Shown: positions 47,025-60,816 of the stretch, one piece after another
How positions within the stretch are numbered: the stretch's first letter is position 1
How the letters are laid out: every line of letters starts with the position of its first letter
NCBI GenBank assembly: GCA_963726745.1
Contig: CAVSDR010000003.1
Coordinates: 608,001-672,000 of the forward strand
DNA from: an uncultured Verrucomicrobiae bacterium
GTDB taxonomy: Bacteria > Verrucomicrobiota > Verrucomicrobiia > Chthoniobacterales > UBA10450
DNA length: 64,000 nucleotides
Direction: 5' to 3'
Notes under the pieces: model-generated
What the model was told of the DNA's origin: nothing
Database searches by the model: none
Seen by the model: only the letters and a program-made list of their open reading frames with translations
Translations under genes and position numbers: made by a program

Positions 47025-47630
47025 CTAATTCGGGCGCGCGAGGATCCCGCGCGCGAGCAGTTGCGCGCAAATGCTGAGCGTGTTCGCGTCGCGGATTTCG
47101 TTGGCCGCGATCATCGCCAGGAGCTCCGCGGGCGCAAACGCGCGGCAATCGAGGATGGATTCGGATTCATCGTGCGCCGGACCTTTTGCGCTCGGGACCA
47201 CCGGCCGGGCGAGAAAAAAATAGCCGCGCTCATCGGTAAATCCGGGCGAGGAAAAGAAATGTCCCAACGGAAGGAGCTCGCCCCCGGGGGCGAGTTCGTA
47301 GCCGGTCTCTTCGCGCAGTTCCCGCCGGGCCACCTCCGCGCTCGCCTCCGGCTCGGAAGCGCGGGCGTCATCGATTTGTCCCGCGGGCACTTCCCAAATC
47401 GCCGCCTCGATCGGCACCCGCTCCTGGCGAATCAGCACCAGCTCGCCGGCGGCCGTCATCGGCGCGATCACCACCGCGGCTTTGCGGTGGACCACCGTCC
47501 AGCGATGCGTTTGCGGCCGCGCCGGGCTGCGCACTTCCACGTTCGCGACGGAGAGGTGCGCATTGCTGAACACGGATTCCGCCGAGAGCATCTCCCACCC
47601 GGCTTCGGGCGCGCGGCTTTGGAACTTCAC
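47025..47630 (-). CDS. NUDIX hydrolase (ADP-ribose pyrophosphatase-like)
   Basis: WEVPAGQID...[10 protein letters not shown] and SSPGFTDE motifs. Confidence 0.9.
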   Translation of the reverse strand: MKFQSRAPEAGWEMLSAESVFSNAHLSVANVEVRSPARPQTHRWTVVHRKAAVVIAPMTAAGELVLIRQERVPIEAAIWEVPAGQIDDARASEPEASAEVARRELREETGYELAPGGELLPLGHFFSSPGFTDERGYFFLARPVVPSAKGPAHDESESILDCRAFAPAELLAMIAANEIRDANTLSICAQLLARGILARPN

Positions 47631-47698
47631 CGCGGAAGATTAGGAGGCGGCGGGCGAAAAGCGAATACTTGTGGCGCGGCTGCGCCTGTCGCGTGGCG

Positions 47699-47726
47699 TT
47701 GACACTCCGGGGTGGTCCGATAGGGT
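47699..47726 (+). promoter_or_regulatory. Putative sigma70 promoter of ppdK
   Basis: TTGACA (47699-47704)-N16-TAGGGT (47721-47726), about 45 bp before ATG 47771. Confidence 0.5.
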
Positions 47727-47770
47727 TGCCGCTCTTTCAAAAGAAACCGCTCTTCTCCATCTTTTCCGCC

Positions 47771-50578
<2,808 letters not shown>

Positions 50579-50579
50579 A

Positions 50580-52904
50580 CTACAACTTCGGATCGAACTT
50601 CCGCCACGCCGTCCAGGCGCGTTCCCAATTTTCCTGCGCGGCCCAGGCCTGGGCTTCGAGGAAATGGAAATACGCCGGAGCAGCCGGCTGGTCGGTGAAG
50701 CGGCGCACGGTGATGAGCGCGTCGGCTATTTTCCCGGCGCGCATCTGCTCCTGGTAAAGCGCGAGGCCGCCGAGGTAATCGTTCGGCGCGAAGCCTTGCG
50801 CCGGCGCGACGTTCGCGGTCTCGGGTAATTTTGGCGGCAGGCTAAAGCGCTGCGCAAGTTCCACGGCCGCGCGAAAGTCCCCCCGCTCCGCCTGCGCCTG
50901 CGCCACCGCCCGCCACGCCTGCGGCAGGAGCGACGGGTTTTCCTCCACGAGCACGAGCAGTCGCGCGCGCTCGCCCCGCTCGCGCCAAAGCGCGAATAGC
51001 TCCCGCTGTTGCCCCGCGCTCAAGCTTGCCAGCGCCGGATCGTGCGCCAGCAAACGCTCCAGTGCCGCCTCGAAATCCGCGCCCGTCGCGCGCGCGAGAA
51101 AAGTGAGCGCGAGGTCCGGCTGCACGCTCCCAAATTCGAGCAGCCGCCGCCGCACCGCGGGGTTGAGCTGGGTCGCGCTCGAGAGCATGCGCGCGTAGAG
51201 CGTGGCGCGCTCGGTTCCGGCGCGGCGCAAAGCCTCGCGCCATGCGGTCAACGTGAGTAATGGATCGCGCGTGACCCAGGCGAGCCCTTCCTGATACGGC
51301 ACCTCGAAAGAGGTCGACTCGAAGAAGCGCGCGCGGCGAAAATCCGCCAACGCCTCGTTAGGCCGGCCGGCGCCGACCTCGCCGAGCGCGCGCACGAAGT
51401 AGAGTTGCCAATCGAGCGGCGCCCACTGCAATCCGCGCGTAGCCTGCGCGATCACCGCCGGGTAATCGCCTTCCGCATTCGCTTTCGTGGCCAGGCGCCG
51501 GGCCGTATCCGCACCGATTCCGCCGGGAAGCGAAGAACTCCAGGCCCAGGTCCCACCGAGCACGATAAGCATCGCGCCCAGCCCGCGAAAAATAACCGGC
51601 AAGCTGCGGCTGCTCGTGGCCGGCCGATGGAGCGCGAGGGCAAACAAGAAGAGCCCCGCATAGGCCGAGCCGACCCGATGCCCGGAGACATCGACCAGGC
51701 CGTGCAGCGCGAAGAGCGAGGCCGCGAGCAGCGCGGCCAGGCGCAAGCGCACATTGGTTCCTTCGCCGAGCGGCGGGAAGCGCCGGAGAAGCAAGGCCGC
51801 GCCCAGCAGAAGCAAGACGACCGCAGGCCAGCCAAGCTCCGCCGCGGTCCACAGCCAATCACTTTCCGGATGGAGCACGCGATTCTGCCCGCTGGAGGCG
51901 TCGCGGAAAATCGAGAAGACCGGCGAGAAATTTCCCAAGCCAATGCCGGTCCAGGGCGAAGTCCGGATCAACTCCAGCGTGTCGCGAAAGATCAGCCAGC
52001 GAAAATCAGCCGACACATTGGCGCCCTCGCCGCCGCGCAAATGGAAGCGCTCAAGTGTAGCGCCGCCGAAAAGCAGCACCGCAGTCAACAGGACGAGCAA
52101 CGCCGAAAAACCGAGCGCAATCCGTGCCGGCGATCCGCTGCGCAGGACCAGCAAGCCGAGCCAGAACGCGCTCCCGACGACAAAAATCGCCAGGCCCGCG
52201 CGCGAGAAATTCAGGACCAACGCCACCGCGATCACGGCCACGCCGAGCAACCAAAAGACCCAGCGCTTCCTCCCTTTCCGCAGCTCCTCCTGCCCGCAAG
52301 CCAGCAGGATGACCGCGCTGATTCCAAGCAAGTCGGCGGTTTGATTGCGATTTGGGAATGGCCCAAAGCCGCGCTGGTTATGCCAGAACGGCAGCGCAGT
52401 TTTCGCGAGATAGAGGCCGATCATGAGCGCCGCCAGCAGGGCGACGCCGCCCGCAAAGACGCGCAATTGCCGGCGGAGCGCGTGGCCATCGAGCTCCTGC
52501 GCGCTCGCGTAGTAGAGCCACCCCAGCCCCGCGACCAGGCTGCCGAAGCCACCGGCGCTGATCCACGGTTGGGGCGACAAAGTAGCCGGCAGGATGAGAT
52601 TGAAATCGTTCCGCAAAACCTCCCGCCAGGCCGGCTGCGGAAACCAGCTCGCGGGCAAAAACGCCAGCGCGGCGCAGCTCACGAGCAGGAGCGCGACAAG
52701 GTGGAACCAAAGGCCCTGCGAGCGTCGCGGCGGATTAGCCAGCCAGATCACCCCAAGGAGCGCGACCACGATCCCCTCGGCCCATTTCTCGGTCGCGCCG
52801 CCGAGAAAGCAGGCCACCAGCGGCAGCGCCGGGACGGCAAAGTCGCGCCAATGCAGCGGCGCGCGATCCCCTCGGCGGAGGCGTTGGCGGCGGGGCTCTC
52901 CCAT
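50580..52904 (-). CDS. O-antigen ligase-family membrane protein with a helical/TPR-like C-terminus
   Basis: GPFPNRNQ, SRAG, GIGLGNF and HPESDWL motifs; many TM helices. Confidence 0.85.
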   Translation of the reverse strand: MGEPRRQRLRRGDRAPLHWRDFAVPALPLVACFLGGATEKWAEGIVVALLGVIWLANPPRRSQGLWFHLVALLLVSCAALAFLPASWFPQPAWREVLRNDFNLILPATLSPQPWISAGGFGSLVAGLGWLYYASAQELDGHALRRQLRVFAGGVALLAALMIGLYLAKTALPFWHNQRGFGPFPNRNQTADLLGISAVILLACGQEELRKGRKRWVFWLLGVAVIAVALVLNFSRAGLAIFVVGSAFWLGLLVLRSGSPARIALGFSALLVLLTAVLLFGGATLERFHLRGGEGANVSADFRWLIFRDTLELIRTSPWTGIGLGNFSPVFSIFRDASSGQNRVLHPESDWLWTAAELGWPAVVLLLLGAALLLRRFPPLGEGTNVRLRLAALLAASLFALHGLVDVSGHRVGSAYAGLFLFALALHRPATSSRSLPVIFRGLGAMLIVLGGTWAWSSSLPGGIGADTARRLATKANAEGDYPAVIAQATRGLQWAPLDWQLYFVRALGEVGAGRPNEALADFRRARFFESTSFEVPYQEGLAWVTRDPLLTLTAWREALRRAGTERATLYARMLSSATQLNPAVRRRLLEFGSVQPDLALTFLARATGADFEAALERLLAHDPALASLSAGQQRELFALWRERGERARLLVLVEENPSLLPQAWRAVAQAQAERGDFRAAVELAQRFSLPPKLPETANVAPAQGFAPNDYLGGLALYQEQMRAGKIADALITVRRFTDQPAAPAYFHFLEAQAWAAQENWERAWTAWRKFDPKL

Positions 52905-53060
52905 CAGCTAAACTGGCACATCAGGTATGGGATTAGCTAAAAGAGAGCAAGGCCGCGAGACTGCGGCGAGGTCAAAGATGTCGTTCCCCCTGATTTTTCC
53001 CCGAGTTGAAGGCCGCGGAGCTTCACGTACGCTCCGCCTGGCGCCCGCCGCTTTCGTACT

Positions 53061-54468
53061 ATGGTGACCCAACGCACCGAAGGGCTCTACCGGGTTTTCC
53101 TGCTCTGCCAGATCCTGCTGGTGACGCTCCTCTTTTGGTTCGGCGTCTGGATCATGGTCACGTTCTACTCGGACGGGAACGAGCTCACCTGGCGCCGCTA
53201 CAGCATCTACTGCGTGCTCCTGGTCTTCGGTTTGCTCGCCGAATCGCTCGCGCGCGACGGCTCGAAAAATTACTTCCTGCAGAACGAGCTCCTGCGCCAG
53301 CACCGGCTCGCCTTCCGGCAAACGCTCGCCAGCACCGCGACCCTCGTCGCCTACCTGATCGCGATGCACGACACCTTCATCTCGCGCGTCTTCTTCTTCA
53401 ATTTCGTCCCCTGGCTCTACGTCGTCCTGCTTTTCTCGCATCACTGGCTGCCCTCGTTTCTCTCGCGCGGTATTTTCAAAAACGAGCGCGTGGAGAAAAC
53501 CCTCCTCGTCGGCTCGGCGGAAAAAGCCCGGGAACTTCGCGGCTGGCTCCGCCGCAAGGCCGATATCGGCCTGCGCACCATCGGTCGTCTTTCCGAGACC
53601 GCCGATGGCCAGCCGGACGACGTCCTCCCGGTGCTCGGGACGACTGATGACATCGAACGCGTCGTCCGCGAGCGCGGAGTCACGCAGGTGATCATGCTCG
53701 AGTTCCCGCTCTTCACCGAGCTGAACTACAAGATCATCCAGGTCTGCGATCAACTCGGCGTGCGCCTCCTGATTGTCAGCGACCTCGAGGAAAAGCTGCG
53801 CCACCCGGTGACGCACTTCGAGGACGATGGCTTCCGCTTCATCGGCCTGCGCGAGGAACCGCTGGAGAATCCGCTCAACCGTTTCTTCAAGCGCGCGATC
53901 GACATTGCGATTTCGCTGCCGGTGATGTTCGTCGTTTTTCCGGTGCTCGCGGCGATCGTTGCGCTCGCGCAGCGTCTGCAATCGCCCGGGCCGCTCTTCC
54001 ACGTGCAGACGCGCGCCGGCTTGCAGAATCGGCGCTTCCCCATCCTCAAGTTCCGCACGATGCACGCGGACCACGGCGAGCTCGCGCGCCAGGCGAGCGA
54101 TCGGCGACGAGCGCGTCTACCCGCTCGGGAAATGGTTTCGCAAACTGAGCGTCGATGAGGTCCCGCAATTCTGGAACGTCCTGCGCGGCGAGATGAGCAT
54201 TGTCGGCCCGCGGCCGCACTTGATCGAGCATAACGACGAGTTCTCCCAGCTCATGTCGAACTATCACGTGCGCACCTTCGTCAAACCGGGCATCACCGGC
54301 CTGGCCCAGGTGCGCGGCTTCCGCGGCGAAGCTCGCAGCAGCGCCGATATCGAGCGCCGCGTCGCCTGCGACATCGAGTATCTGGAAAATTGGAACCTCT
54401 CGCTGGAATGCGGCATCATTTTGCGCACTTGCGCGCAGATGCTCATCCCGCCCCCGAGCGCCTACTGA
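53061..54468 (+). CDS. Polyprenyl-phosphate sugar phosphotransferase (WcaJ-like priming transferase); apparent indel near 54100
   Basis: KRAIDI, KFRTM, then DEVPQFWNVLRGEMSIVGPRP and KPGITGLAQV in the next frame. Confidence 0.92.
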
Positions 54469-54473
54469 GCGGT

Positions 54474-55688
54474 TTAGGCCAGCGCTTTCAGCTCTTCGAG
54501 GAAGCCTTCGAAGACGGCCGTCTTCTCAAACTGTTGCACGTAAACCCGTCCGGCCGCGCCATACGCCACCAGCCGCGCCTCGTCCTGCGCCAGCGCGCGC
54601 AAGACGTCGGCTAACTCCTCGGGCCGTCCTGGCGGAATGTTCAGTCCGAAGCCGCCCTCGACCGTCGCCTCCGCGAGTTCGCTCTCCGGATCGGCCACGG
54701 TGATGACCGCTTTCGATTGCGCCAGCAAACCCAGCAGCTTGCTTGGGAAAAACGAGTTTCCGGAACCCGATTGCTGCGTGATGAAACAGACATCCGCCTC
54801 CGCTAGCAGTGCGGTGTAATCCGCGCCCTGCTGGAGTGGGAGCATGGAAATATTAGGCAGCGCCTCGGCGCGGATTTGCTCGCGCAAAACTTCGCGCTGC
54901 GCGCCATCGCCGCAGATCAAGAGATGCATCGGCACGTCGCGCAACCGGCGCGCCGCTTCCACGAGCACATCGAGCCCCTGCTTCACCCCGAGATTGCCCG
55001 CGTAAACCGCGAGGAATTTTCCCTCCGGCAGCCCGTTCTTCCGACGGAACTCGCCGCGCACATGCTCCGGCGTTTTAGCCAGCGAGATGGCGTTTGGGAA
55101 AAAGACCAGCTTCCGCTCCGGCACGCCTTTGCGGCGAAATTTCACCAGCATCCCGTGCGTGATTCCGGAGACCTTGGCCGCGTGCCGATAGGCGAACGCT
55201 TCCAGCCCGTAGAGCGCGCGGATAAACCAGCCCTCCTTCAGCATTCCCAGCCCCACCGCCGCATCCGGCTGCATGTCCTGCACATGGAAGACGTAGGGCG
55301 CGCGCTTGAGTTTGCCGACAAACCACGCAGCCGCGCCCAGCAGCAACGGCGGCGAAATCGCCACGTAAACGTCCGCCCGCGGCAAGCTCAGGCAGCGCAT
55401 CGTCGAAGTGAAAATAAACGTCGCCTCGTGCAGGATGCGCTTCAGCGCCGAGACGCGTTCCGGGACAAAATGCCAGCAGCGATGCACCGGCACGCCGTGG
55501 ATCACATCGGTGCGATAAAGTTTTCCCCGATCCTCCGGCAGCTTCCGCCACGTGGGGTAATACGAGAAAGTGCTCACCATCTCGACCTCGTGCCCGCGCT
55601 CATGGAGGAACTCGCAGAGCGCGACGCTATGCGGCGCGATCCCGGTGAACTCCGGCGCGTAATTGATTCCCCAAACAACGATCCTCAC
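54474..55688 (-). CDS. GT4 glycosyltransferase, WcaI-like
   Basis: GINYAPEFTGIAP, HVQDMQ.DAA, YAGNLGVKQGL and FPSKL motifs. Confidence 0.9.
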   Translation of the reverse strand: MRIVVWGINYAPEFTGIAPHSVALCEFLHERGHEVEMVSTFSYYPTWRKLPEDRGKLYRTDVIHGVPVHRCWHFVPERVSALKRILHEATFIFTSTMRCLSLPRADVYVAISPPLLLGAAAWFVGKLKRAPYVFHVQDMQPDAAVGLGMLKEGWFIRALYGLEAFAYRHAAKVSGITHGMLVKFRRKGVPERKLVFFPNAISLAKTPEHVRGEFRRKNGLPEGKFLAVYAGNLGVKQGLDVLVEAARRLRDVPMHLLICGDGAQREVLREQIRAEALPNISMLPLQQGADYTALLAEADVCFITQQSGSGNSFFPSKLLGLLAQSKAVITVADPESELAEATVEGGFGLNIPPGRPEELADVLRALAQDEARLVAYGAAGRVYVQQFEKTAVFEGFLEELKALA

Positions 55689-56542
55689 GCCCCGGAATCC
55701 TCCCGCTTCTTCTGCAATTCAAAAGTCTTCGCGACCGAGAGGAACTCATAAAAGCCATGCAGCCGCGCGAAGTAATACCCTTCGCGCCCATCGAGAAAAC
55801 CCCGCTGCCAGACGTAAACGTAAAGGAACCGCAGCAGCCCGCGGAACGGCAGCCGATGCGAGAGCTGCTTCAACTTCCGCCGCCGATGGACCCGCTCGTG
55901 TTCCAATCCCGCCGAGCTGCCGGCTAGTTTCCGCTCCGTCGCCACCCGCGCTTCCCAGTTCGAGTAGCGATTGTGTTTCTCCACAAAAACTTCCACTGAA
56001 GGGAACGCGTAGTGATCCATCTCGCAGCGCAGTCGCCCGGTTGGTCCCTGCACGATCACGTGCTCGTGCACTTCGTTGTCGCCGCTCTGCGTGGCCGCTT
56101 CGGTCAACTTCTCGTAGCGCCCTAACGAGTGCTTGAAGAGGCGCAGGTTCCAGTTCGGGTAATAGGCGTGCTTCAGCCAGCGACCGAGAAAAAGGAAGCG
56201 CCGGTTGATCCAATAGCCAGCAACTTCACCGGGCGCGGTCACCGCCGCGCGAAACTCCGCCTCTGCCTCCGGCGGCAGGGTTTCGTCAGCGTCGAGAATG
56301 AAAATCCAGTCGTTCCGGAACGGCAGGTTCTCCAGCGACCAATTCTTTTTCTTCGGCCAGGTGCCGTTAAACGGGAACTGCACCACCTGCGCGCCGAACT
56401 TTTCCGCGAGCGCAATCGAGCCGTCGGTGCTGCCGGAATCGACCACGAAAATTTCATCAGCCCACGGAATCGAGCCGAGGCAACGCGGCAGATTTTCCGC
56501 CTCGTTCCGGATCGGGATGATGAAAGAAACCGGGACCTTCAT
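55685..56542 (-). CDS. GT2 glycosyltransferase
   Basis: IIPIRNE, VVDSGSTD, ILDADE and VHEH motifs. Confidence 0.92.
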   Translation of the reverse strand: MKVPVSFIIPIRNEAENLPRCLGSIPWADEIFVVDSGSTDGSIALAEKFGAQVVQFPFNGTWPKKKNWSLENLPFRNDWIFILDADETLPPEAEAEFRAAVTAPGEVAGYWINRRFLFLGRWLKHAYYPNWNLRLFKHSLGRYEKLTEAATQSGDNEVHEHVIVQGPTGRLRCEMDHYAFPSVEVFVEKHNRYSNWEARVATERKLAGSSAGLEHERVHRRRKLKQLSHRLPFRGLLRFLYVYVWQRGFLDGREGYYFARLHGFYEFLSVAKTFELQKKREDSGA

Positions 56543-57345
56543 GACGAGAGACGGGACTGGTGCACCGCCAGGAGCGAAAACGCCGGCACGCTCTCCCGGC
56601 ATGGCACGAGCGTGCGCCCATCGAAGAGCTCAAAGCCCCGCGCGCGCAAAAAATCCGGGATCGCTTTGCTTCCGTAGCCGTCGAGGTAAACCACCTTCAC
56701 CCGCCCCGCCTCGAAGAGCCGCGCCGCCCCCTCGAGCACCGGCAACTCGTGATCTTCCACATCGATCTTGAGCACCAGCGCGCCCGCCGGAAGCGAAAGG
56801 GCATCAAGTCGTTCACAAGGAATCTTCGCCATCTTGCCGTCTATTTCGGTGGTCACCTTGAAGACGCCGGAGGTCACGCCCGTGGCAAAGGAAAGCTCCG
56901 CGGCGCGGTCGGACGCGCCGATATTCAAGATCTCCACCGGCGTCCCCGCGAGCGATTGCCGCAAGCGCCCGGCCGTTCCGGGATTCGCCTCGATCGCGAC
57001 GAACCGATCCGCTGGGAACAAGTGCCGCGCGCGCGCCAGCACTGAGCTGTAGAGACCGACATTCGCGCCCACATCAACGAAGACGTCGCCCGGTTGCAGA
57101 AGCAGCGCGAGATTGATCAACGACGCCGCTTCATCGCGAAAGATCACGTTCTCCTCCGCGATCCGCGCGGCGCGGCAAAGCCCGATCTCGGCCCGCGTGT
57201 GCAGATGCAGGGGCGCGCCGAAAATCTCCACATCGATCTCGCGCTCCGGCACCAGGAGGCGGGTGAGCTGCACCCGCAGCTTTGGGTAGCGGAACATCAG
57301 CAGCCAAAACCAATGCCGCAGATGCTTCTTGCCCGGCAAACTCAT
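56539..57345 (-). CDS. FkbM-family methyltransferase
   Basis: FVDVGANVGLYS and LKIDVEDHE motifs; ATG at 57345 overlaps the upstream stop. Confidence 0.88.
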   Translation of the reverse strand: MSLPGKKHLRHWFWLLMFRYPKLRVQLTRLLVPEREIDVEIFGAPLHLHTRAEIGLCRAARIAEENVIFRDEAASLINLALLLQPGDVFVDVGANVGLYSSVLARARHLFPADRFVAIEANPGTAGRLRQSLAGTPVEILNIGASDRAAELSFATGVTSGVFKVTTEIDGKMAKIPCERLDALSLPAGALVLKIDVEDHELPVLEGAARLFEAGRVKVVYLDGYGSKAIPDFLRARGFELFDGRTLVPCRESVPAFSLLAVHQSRLSS

Positions 57346-57905
57346 GCTTCCAGGTTGCGCGGCTTGAGCACGCGGCAAGGATTGCCCGCCGCAATCGAAT
57401 CCGGCGGCACATCCTGCGTCACCACCGAGCAGGCACCGATGACGCTGCGCGCGCCAATCGTCAGGCCCGGCATGATGAAAGCGCGCGCGCCGATGAACGC
57501 GTCTTCGCCGATGGTGATCTTGCCGGTAACCAGCGGGATGCTTCGGCGGGTGAAATCGTGCGTTCCCGTGCTCAGGTAAACTTCCTGCGCCACCGTGGCC
57601 CGCGCGCCCACCTCGATCTCGCCTAACGAGTAGACGTTCGTCCGGTCGCCGAGGCACGAGCGGTCGTGCAAAGTTAGGTGCCACGGGATTTCGATCCGCG
57701 CGCGCTGGTGGACGAAGGGCTGGCCGTGAATGGTGGCCCCAAAGGCGCGCAGCCAAACGAGCCGCCAGGCGTTCAGCGGCTTCGGCGTCCAGGCGCAAAA
57801 GACCGCCCAGCAGAAATCCCAGAGCACCCGCCAGAGACGTTCCCCGGCTGACCAGGGCGAGCCGTAGAGTTCCTGGTCGGGCTTGACCGTTTGCAGCTCC
57901 GGCAT
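57342..57905 (-). CDS. WcaF-like hexapeptide-repeat acetyltransferase
   Basis: LRAFGA, PWHL, YSLGEI, LSTGTHD and AGNP motifs. Confidence 0.9.
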   Translation of the reverse strand: MPELQTVKPDQELYGSPWSAGERLWRVLWDFCWAVFCAWTPKPLNAWRLVWLRAFGATIHGQPFVHQRARIEIPWHLTLHDRSCLGDRTNVYSLGEIEVGARATVAQEVYLSTGTHDFTRRSIPLVTGKITIGEDAFIGARAFIMPGLTIGARSVIGACSVVTQDVPPDSIAAGNPCRVLKPRNLEA

Positions 57906-57911
57906 GGCTCG

Positions 57912-59040
57912 TTAGGCCGCCGCGCGGATGAGCGCGCGAAAGTCCTCCAGGTATTCGTCCGCGATCTGCTCCACCGAGAAGGAGGCCTTCGCTTTCGCGA
58001 AGGAAGCCGCGCCCATCGCGGGGATGCGCTGCGCGCTCCCGCGAAAAATAGCCGACACCTTCAGCCCACGCGGCGGCGTCGCCGGCGCGCGCGATGTAGC
58101 CGTTTCCTTCGTGGTCGACCATTTCGCGCATCGGCCCGAAATCGGAAACCAGGAGCGGCTTGGCGCACGACATCGCCTCGAGCGCGGCCATGCTGAAGGT
58201 CTCGCCAGTCAGCGAGGGCAGGCAAAAAACCGCCGCCCGCCCGAGCTCGCTGAATAATCTCTCGCGCTCGAAAATTGGCGGCTCGATCGAGACCTGTGCA
58301 CCGCACGGATCGCCCGCAAGCACCCCGCGCATCTCCTCGAGAAAGGGCACATCCGTCCCCTCCTCCGTCGTCTGCGGGCCGATAATTCGCAGCCGAATCG
58401 AGTCGTCCCGCGCGGCCGCAGCGAGAAATCCGCGAATGAGCGAGTCGAGCCCTTTGTCGCGCACAAAGCGACCGACATAGAGAAAAGTAAGCGGCTCGTC
58501 GAACCCGGCGGCCGGCATTTCCGCCGGGAGCTCGATGCAATTGTGCACCGCTTTCAACTTCGGGCGCAGCCGGGGCGAAATCGCGAGCGCCTGCTCCACG
58601 ACCGCGTGGCTCCCGCCATAGATGCGATCAAGGTTGCCGTAGAGATGCGCGATCCATTTCGGCGTGCGGTGCATCGTGTGCGTGCAGACGCCGAGCCCGC
58701 GTTTGTGGCGCAGGAGAAAGGAAAAAGGCGTGTGCATCGAAGTCACGTCGGCCGGTTTCAAGAGCGGCCAGACGCGCAAGCTATACGGAAGCGCCTGCAA
58801 GTTATCGATCCAAACATTTGCATGCCCCGGCGCGCCGCCGACGCGGAAATGCTCGATCCCGTGGGCGTCGGTCTCGTGCTCGGCCAACCCGGAGGCCGCG
58901 GGCGAGTAGGCGGTCACGCGATGACCGCGCGCGGCAAATTGCTTCGCCAGCATCCAGACGAGATTGTTCACCCCGCCCCCGCGCGTGGGCGGAAACGGCA
59001 CCTGGTGGCCGACGACGAGATTGATCCGGAGCGGTGACAT
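57912..59040 (-). CDS. GT4 glycosyltransferase; apparent indel near 58030
   Basis: PPTRGGGV, YVGRF..DKG and ETFSMAALEAM motifs; the true C-terminus (...FSVEQIADEYLEDFRALIRAAA*) is in another frame. Confidence 0.88.
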
Positions 59041-60154
59041 CACGATTCGGCCAGAATCTTTAGCAGCAATGCTGCCGCCCGCTCGATTTCGAAGCGGTTT
59101 CGGAAACAATCTGCCGCCCGCTCTCCCATCGTGACGCGTTCTGCGGGCGGCAGGGCCAGCCAGCGGCGCAGGAGGCGCTCGGTCCCGGCAAGGTCATCCG
59201 TTTCCACCAGGCCGGCGCCATCGGCTCTCGACCTCGCGGCAGATGTTGATCCGGTCGGAGATCAGGACCGGGCGCGCGCAGGCCAGCGCCTCAACCACCG
59301 AGAGGGCGAAGTTCTCCTGGTGCGACGGGAGGATGAAGACCTCCGCCGCCCGCAGCGCGCTCCACTTGAGCGAGCCCTCGAGCATGCCGGTGAAGAGCAC
59401 ATTCGCCCCGGCGCGGCGCTGGAGCTCGCCGTCCCATTGGTCGGGGCCGGCCATCACGAGCGTGAGCGACGAGTCGTTAGCCGACACTTTGGCAAACGCT
59501 TCAAGCAGGAGGTCGCAGCCTTTTTTGGGGTGCAATCGCCCAAGAAAGAGGATCAACCTGCGCCCGCGCGTTTCCGGGAAAGCGCTGGCAAAATTCCTCC
59601 GCGGAACCGACCGGCGGCGCGGGCACGCCCAACGGGAGAATCTTTTCGCGGCAGCGATAAAGCCAGAACGATTCCCGCGCTTCATCGCGCTCCGCCGCAG
59701 CGGTGAAGAGAACCGCGCGCGCGTCACGCAGGACGCGGTATTCGGCCCACGGCCAGTAGAACCATTTCTTCAGGTGCTTCAGCGGATAGGTGCGCTTGAA
59801 CCACGGATCGAGCATTCCGTGCGGGAAAACGAAGTAGGGCGTCGCGGTGCCGGCGAGCGCGCGATGCACCGCCAGGCCGGGATATTGCCAAAGACCGTTC
59901 ACGATCACGGCATCAAAGCGCTGCCTATTTTCACGGAGCCACGGGACCAGCCGAGGCGAGCGCCCGTAGCCTTCAGGGCCCGGCCCGAGGAGATGAGTCG
60001 TTAGGCCGGTGCCAATGCTGGCGCCCGGCGCATCGAGGCTCGCGATTTCCACCGCGTGTCCCTGCCGCGCCATCTCTTCGCTCAAGGAAACGACCGCGCT
60101 GGCGACGCCGCCGGAGTGCGCGGCCAGCGTTCGCACCACCTGCAGCACCCTCAT
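59040..60154 (-). CDS. GT4 glycosyltransferase; apparent indels near 59610 and 59225
   Basis: SGGV, PHGMLDPW, FLGRLHPKKG and PSHQENFA..VVEALA motifs across frames. Confidence 0.88.
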
Positions 60155-60816
60155 GTGACGAAGCCGGTGGTGCGCTGGAAGTAGGCGTAGTCGGCCGGCA
60201 AAGTCTGCAGCGCTTTCGCGGGCACGCCGCCATAGAGCGTGTGCGTTTCCGCGAGCGCCTTGTTCAGGAGCGACTTCGCGCCCAGCACGCAGTAATCCGG
60301 GAGCACGCTCCCGCCTAACAAGACGCTGTTGGTCCCGACAAAACAGTAATCGCCCACGCGGATCGGCTGAGAACGCTGCCTGTTTTCCGCGAGGTCAATC
60401 GAGTGCGTGAGCATTTGCGATTGGAACCCGGCGAAGGTGGTGAAGCGCCCGATCGTGATCCGATTGGTGCAATCGATGAAATGCCGATGCGTGATCGCGG
60501 AGTGTGCGCCGAGGATAAGTTCCGGCCGGCGCTCGGTTTCCTCGGCAAAGTGCGGCGACGGCCCGAGCGGAAAGCCGGTGATCCAGTTGCCATTCCCCAG
60601 CAGCGCGTGCTCGCCGAGGTGGAGCAGCGCGATGTTCTTGCAGATCGTGAGGTGGCCGATGCGGCTCCCGGCTTCCATCACCAAGGCATCGGGTAAGATG
60701 AAGGAAAGCCCAATGCGCGCGGTCGGATGAAGGCGATAGCCGAACTGTTTTTCGAGAAAGCTGCGGCGCAACTTCCAAGGCAGAAACAAGCTGACCAGCG
60801 CGAGCAGCTTTCTCAT
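60151..60816 (-). CDS. Hexapeptide-repeat acyltransferase
   Basis: Left-handed beta-helix repeats, LTHSID and YGGVPAK. Confidence 0.85.
   Translation of the reverse strand: MRKLLALVSLFLPWKLRRSFLEKQFGYRLHPTARIGLSFILPDALVMEAGSRIGHLTICKNIALLHLGEHALLGNGNWITGFPLGPSPHFAEETERRPELILGAHSAITHRHFIDCTNRITIGRFTTFAGFQSQMLTHSIDLAENRQRSQPIRVGDYCFVGTNSVLLGGSVLPDYCVLGAKSLLNKALAETHTLYGGVPAKALQTLPADYAYFQRTTGFVT

Noticed and set aside
56539..59109. 856-aa ORF that looks like a GT4-FkbM methyltransferase fusion
   Set aside because: An indel near 58030 shifts the GT4 into a frame that reads through the WcaF-like gene as nonsense. The GT4 has its own stop at 57912 and FkbM its own ATG at 57345.
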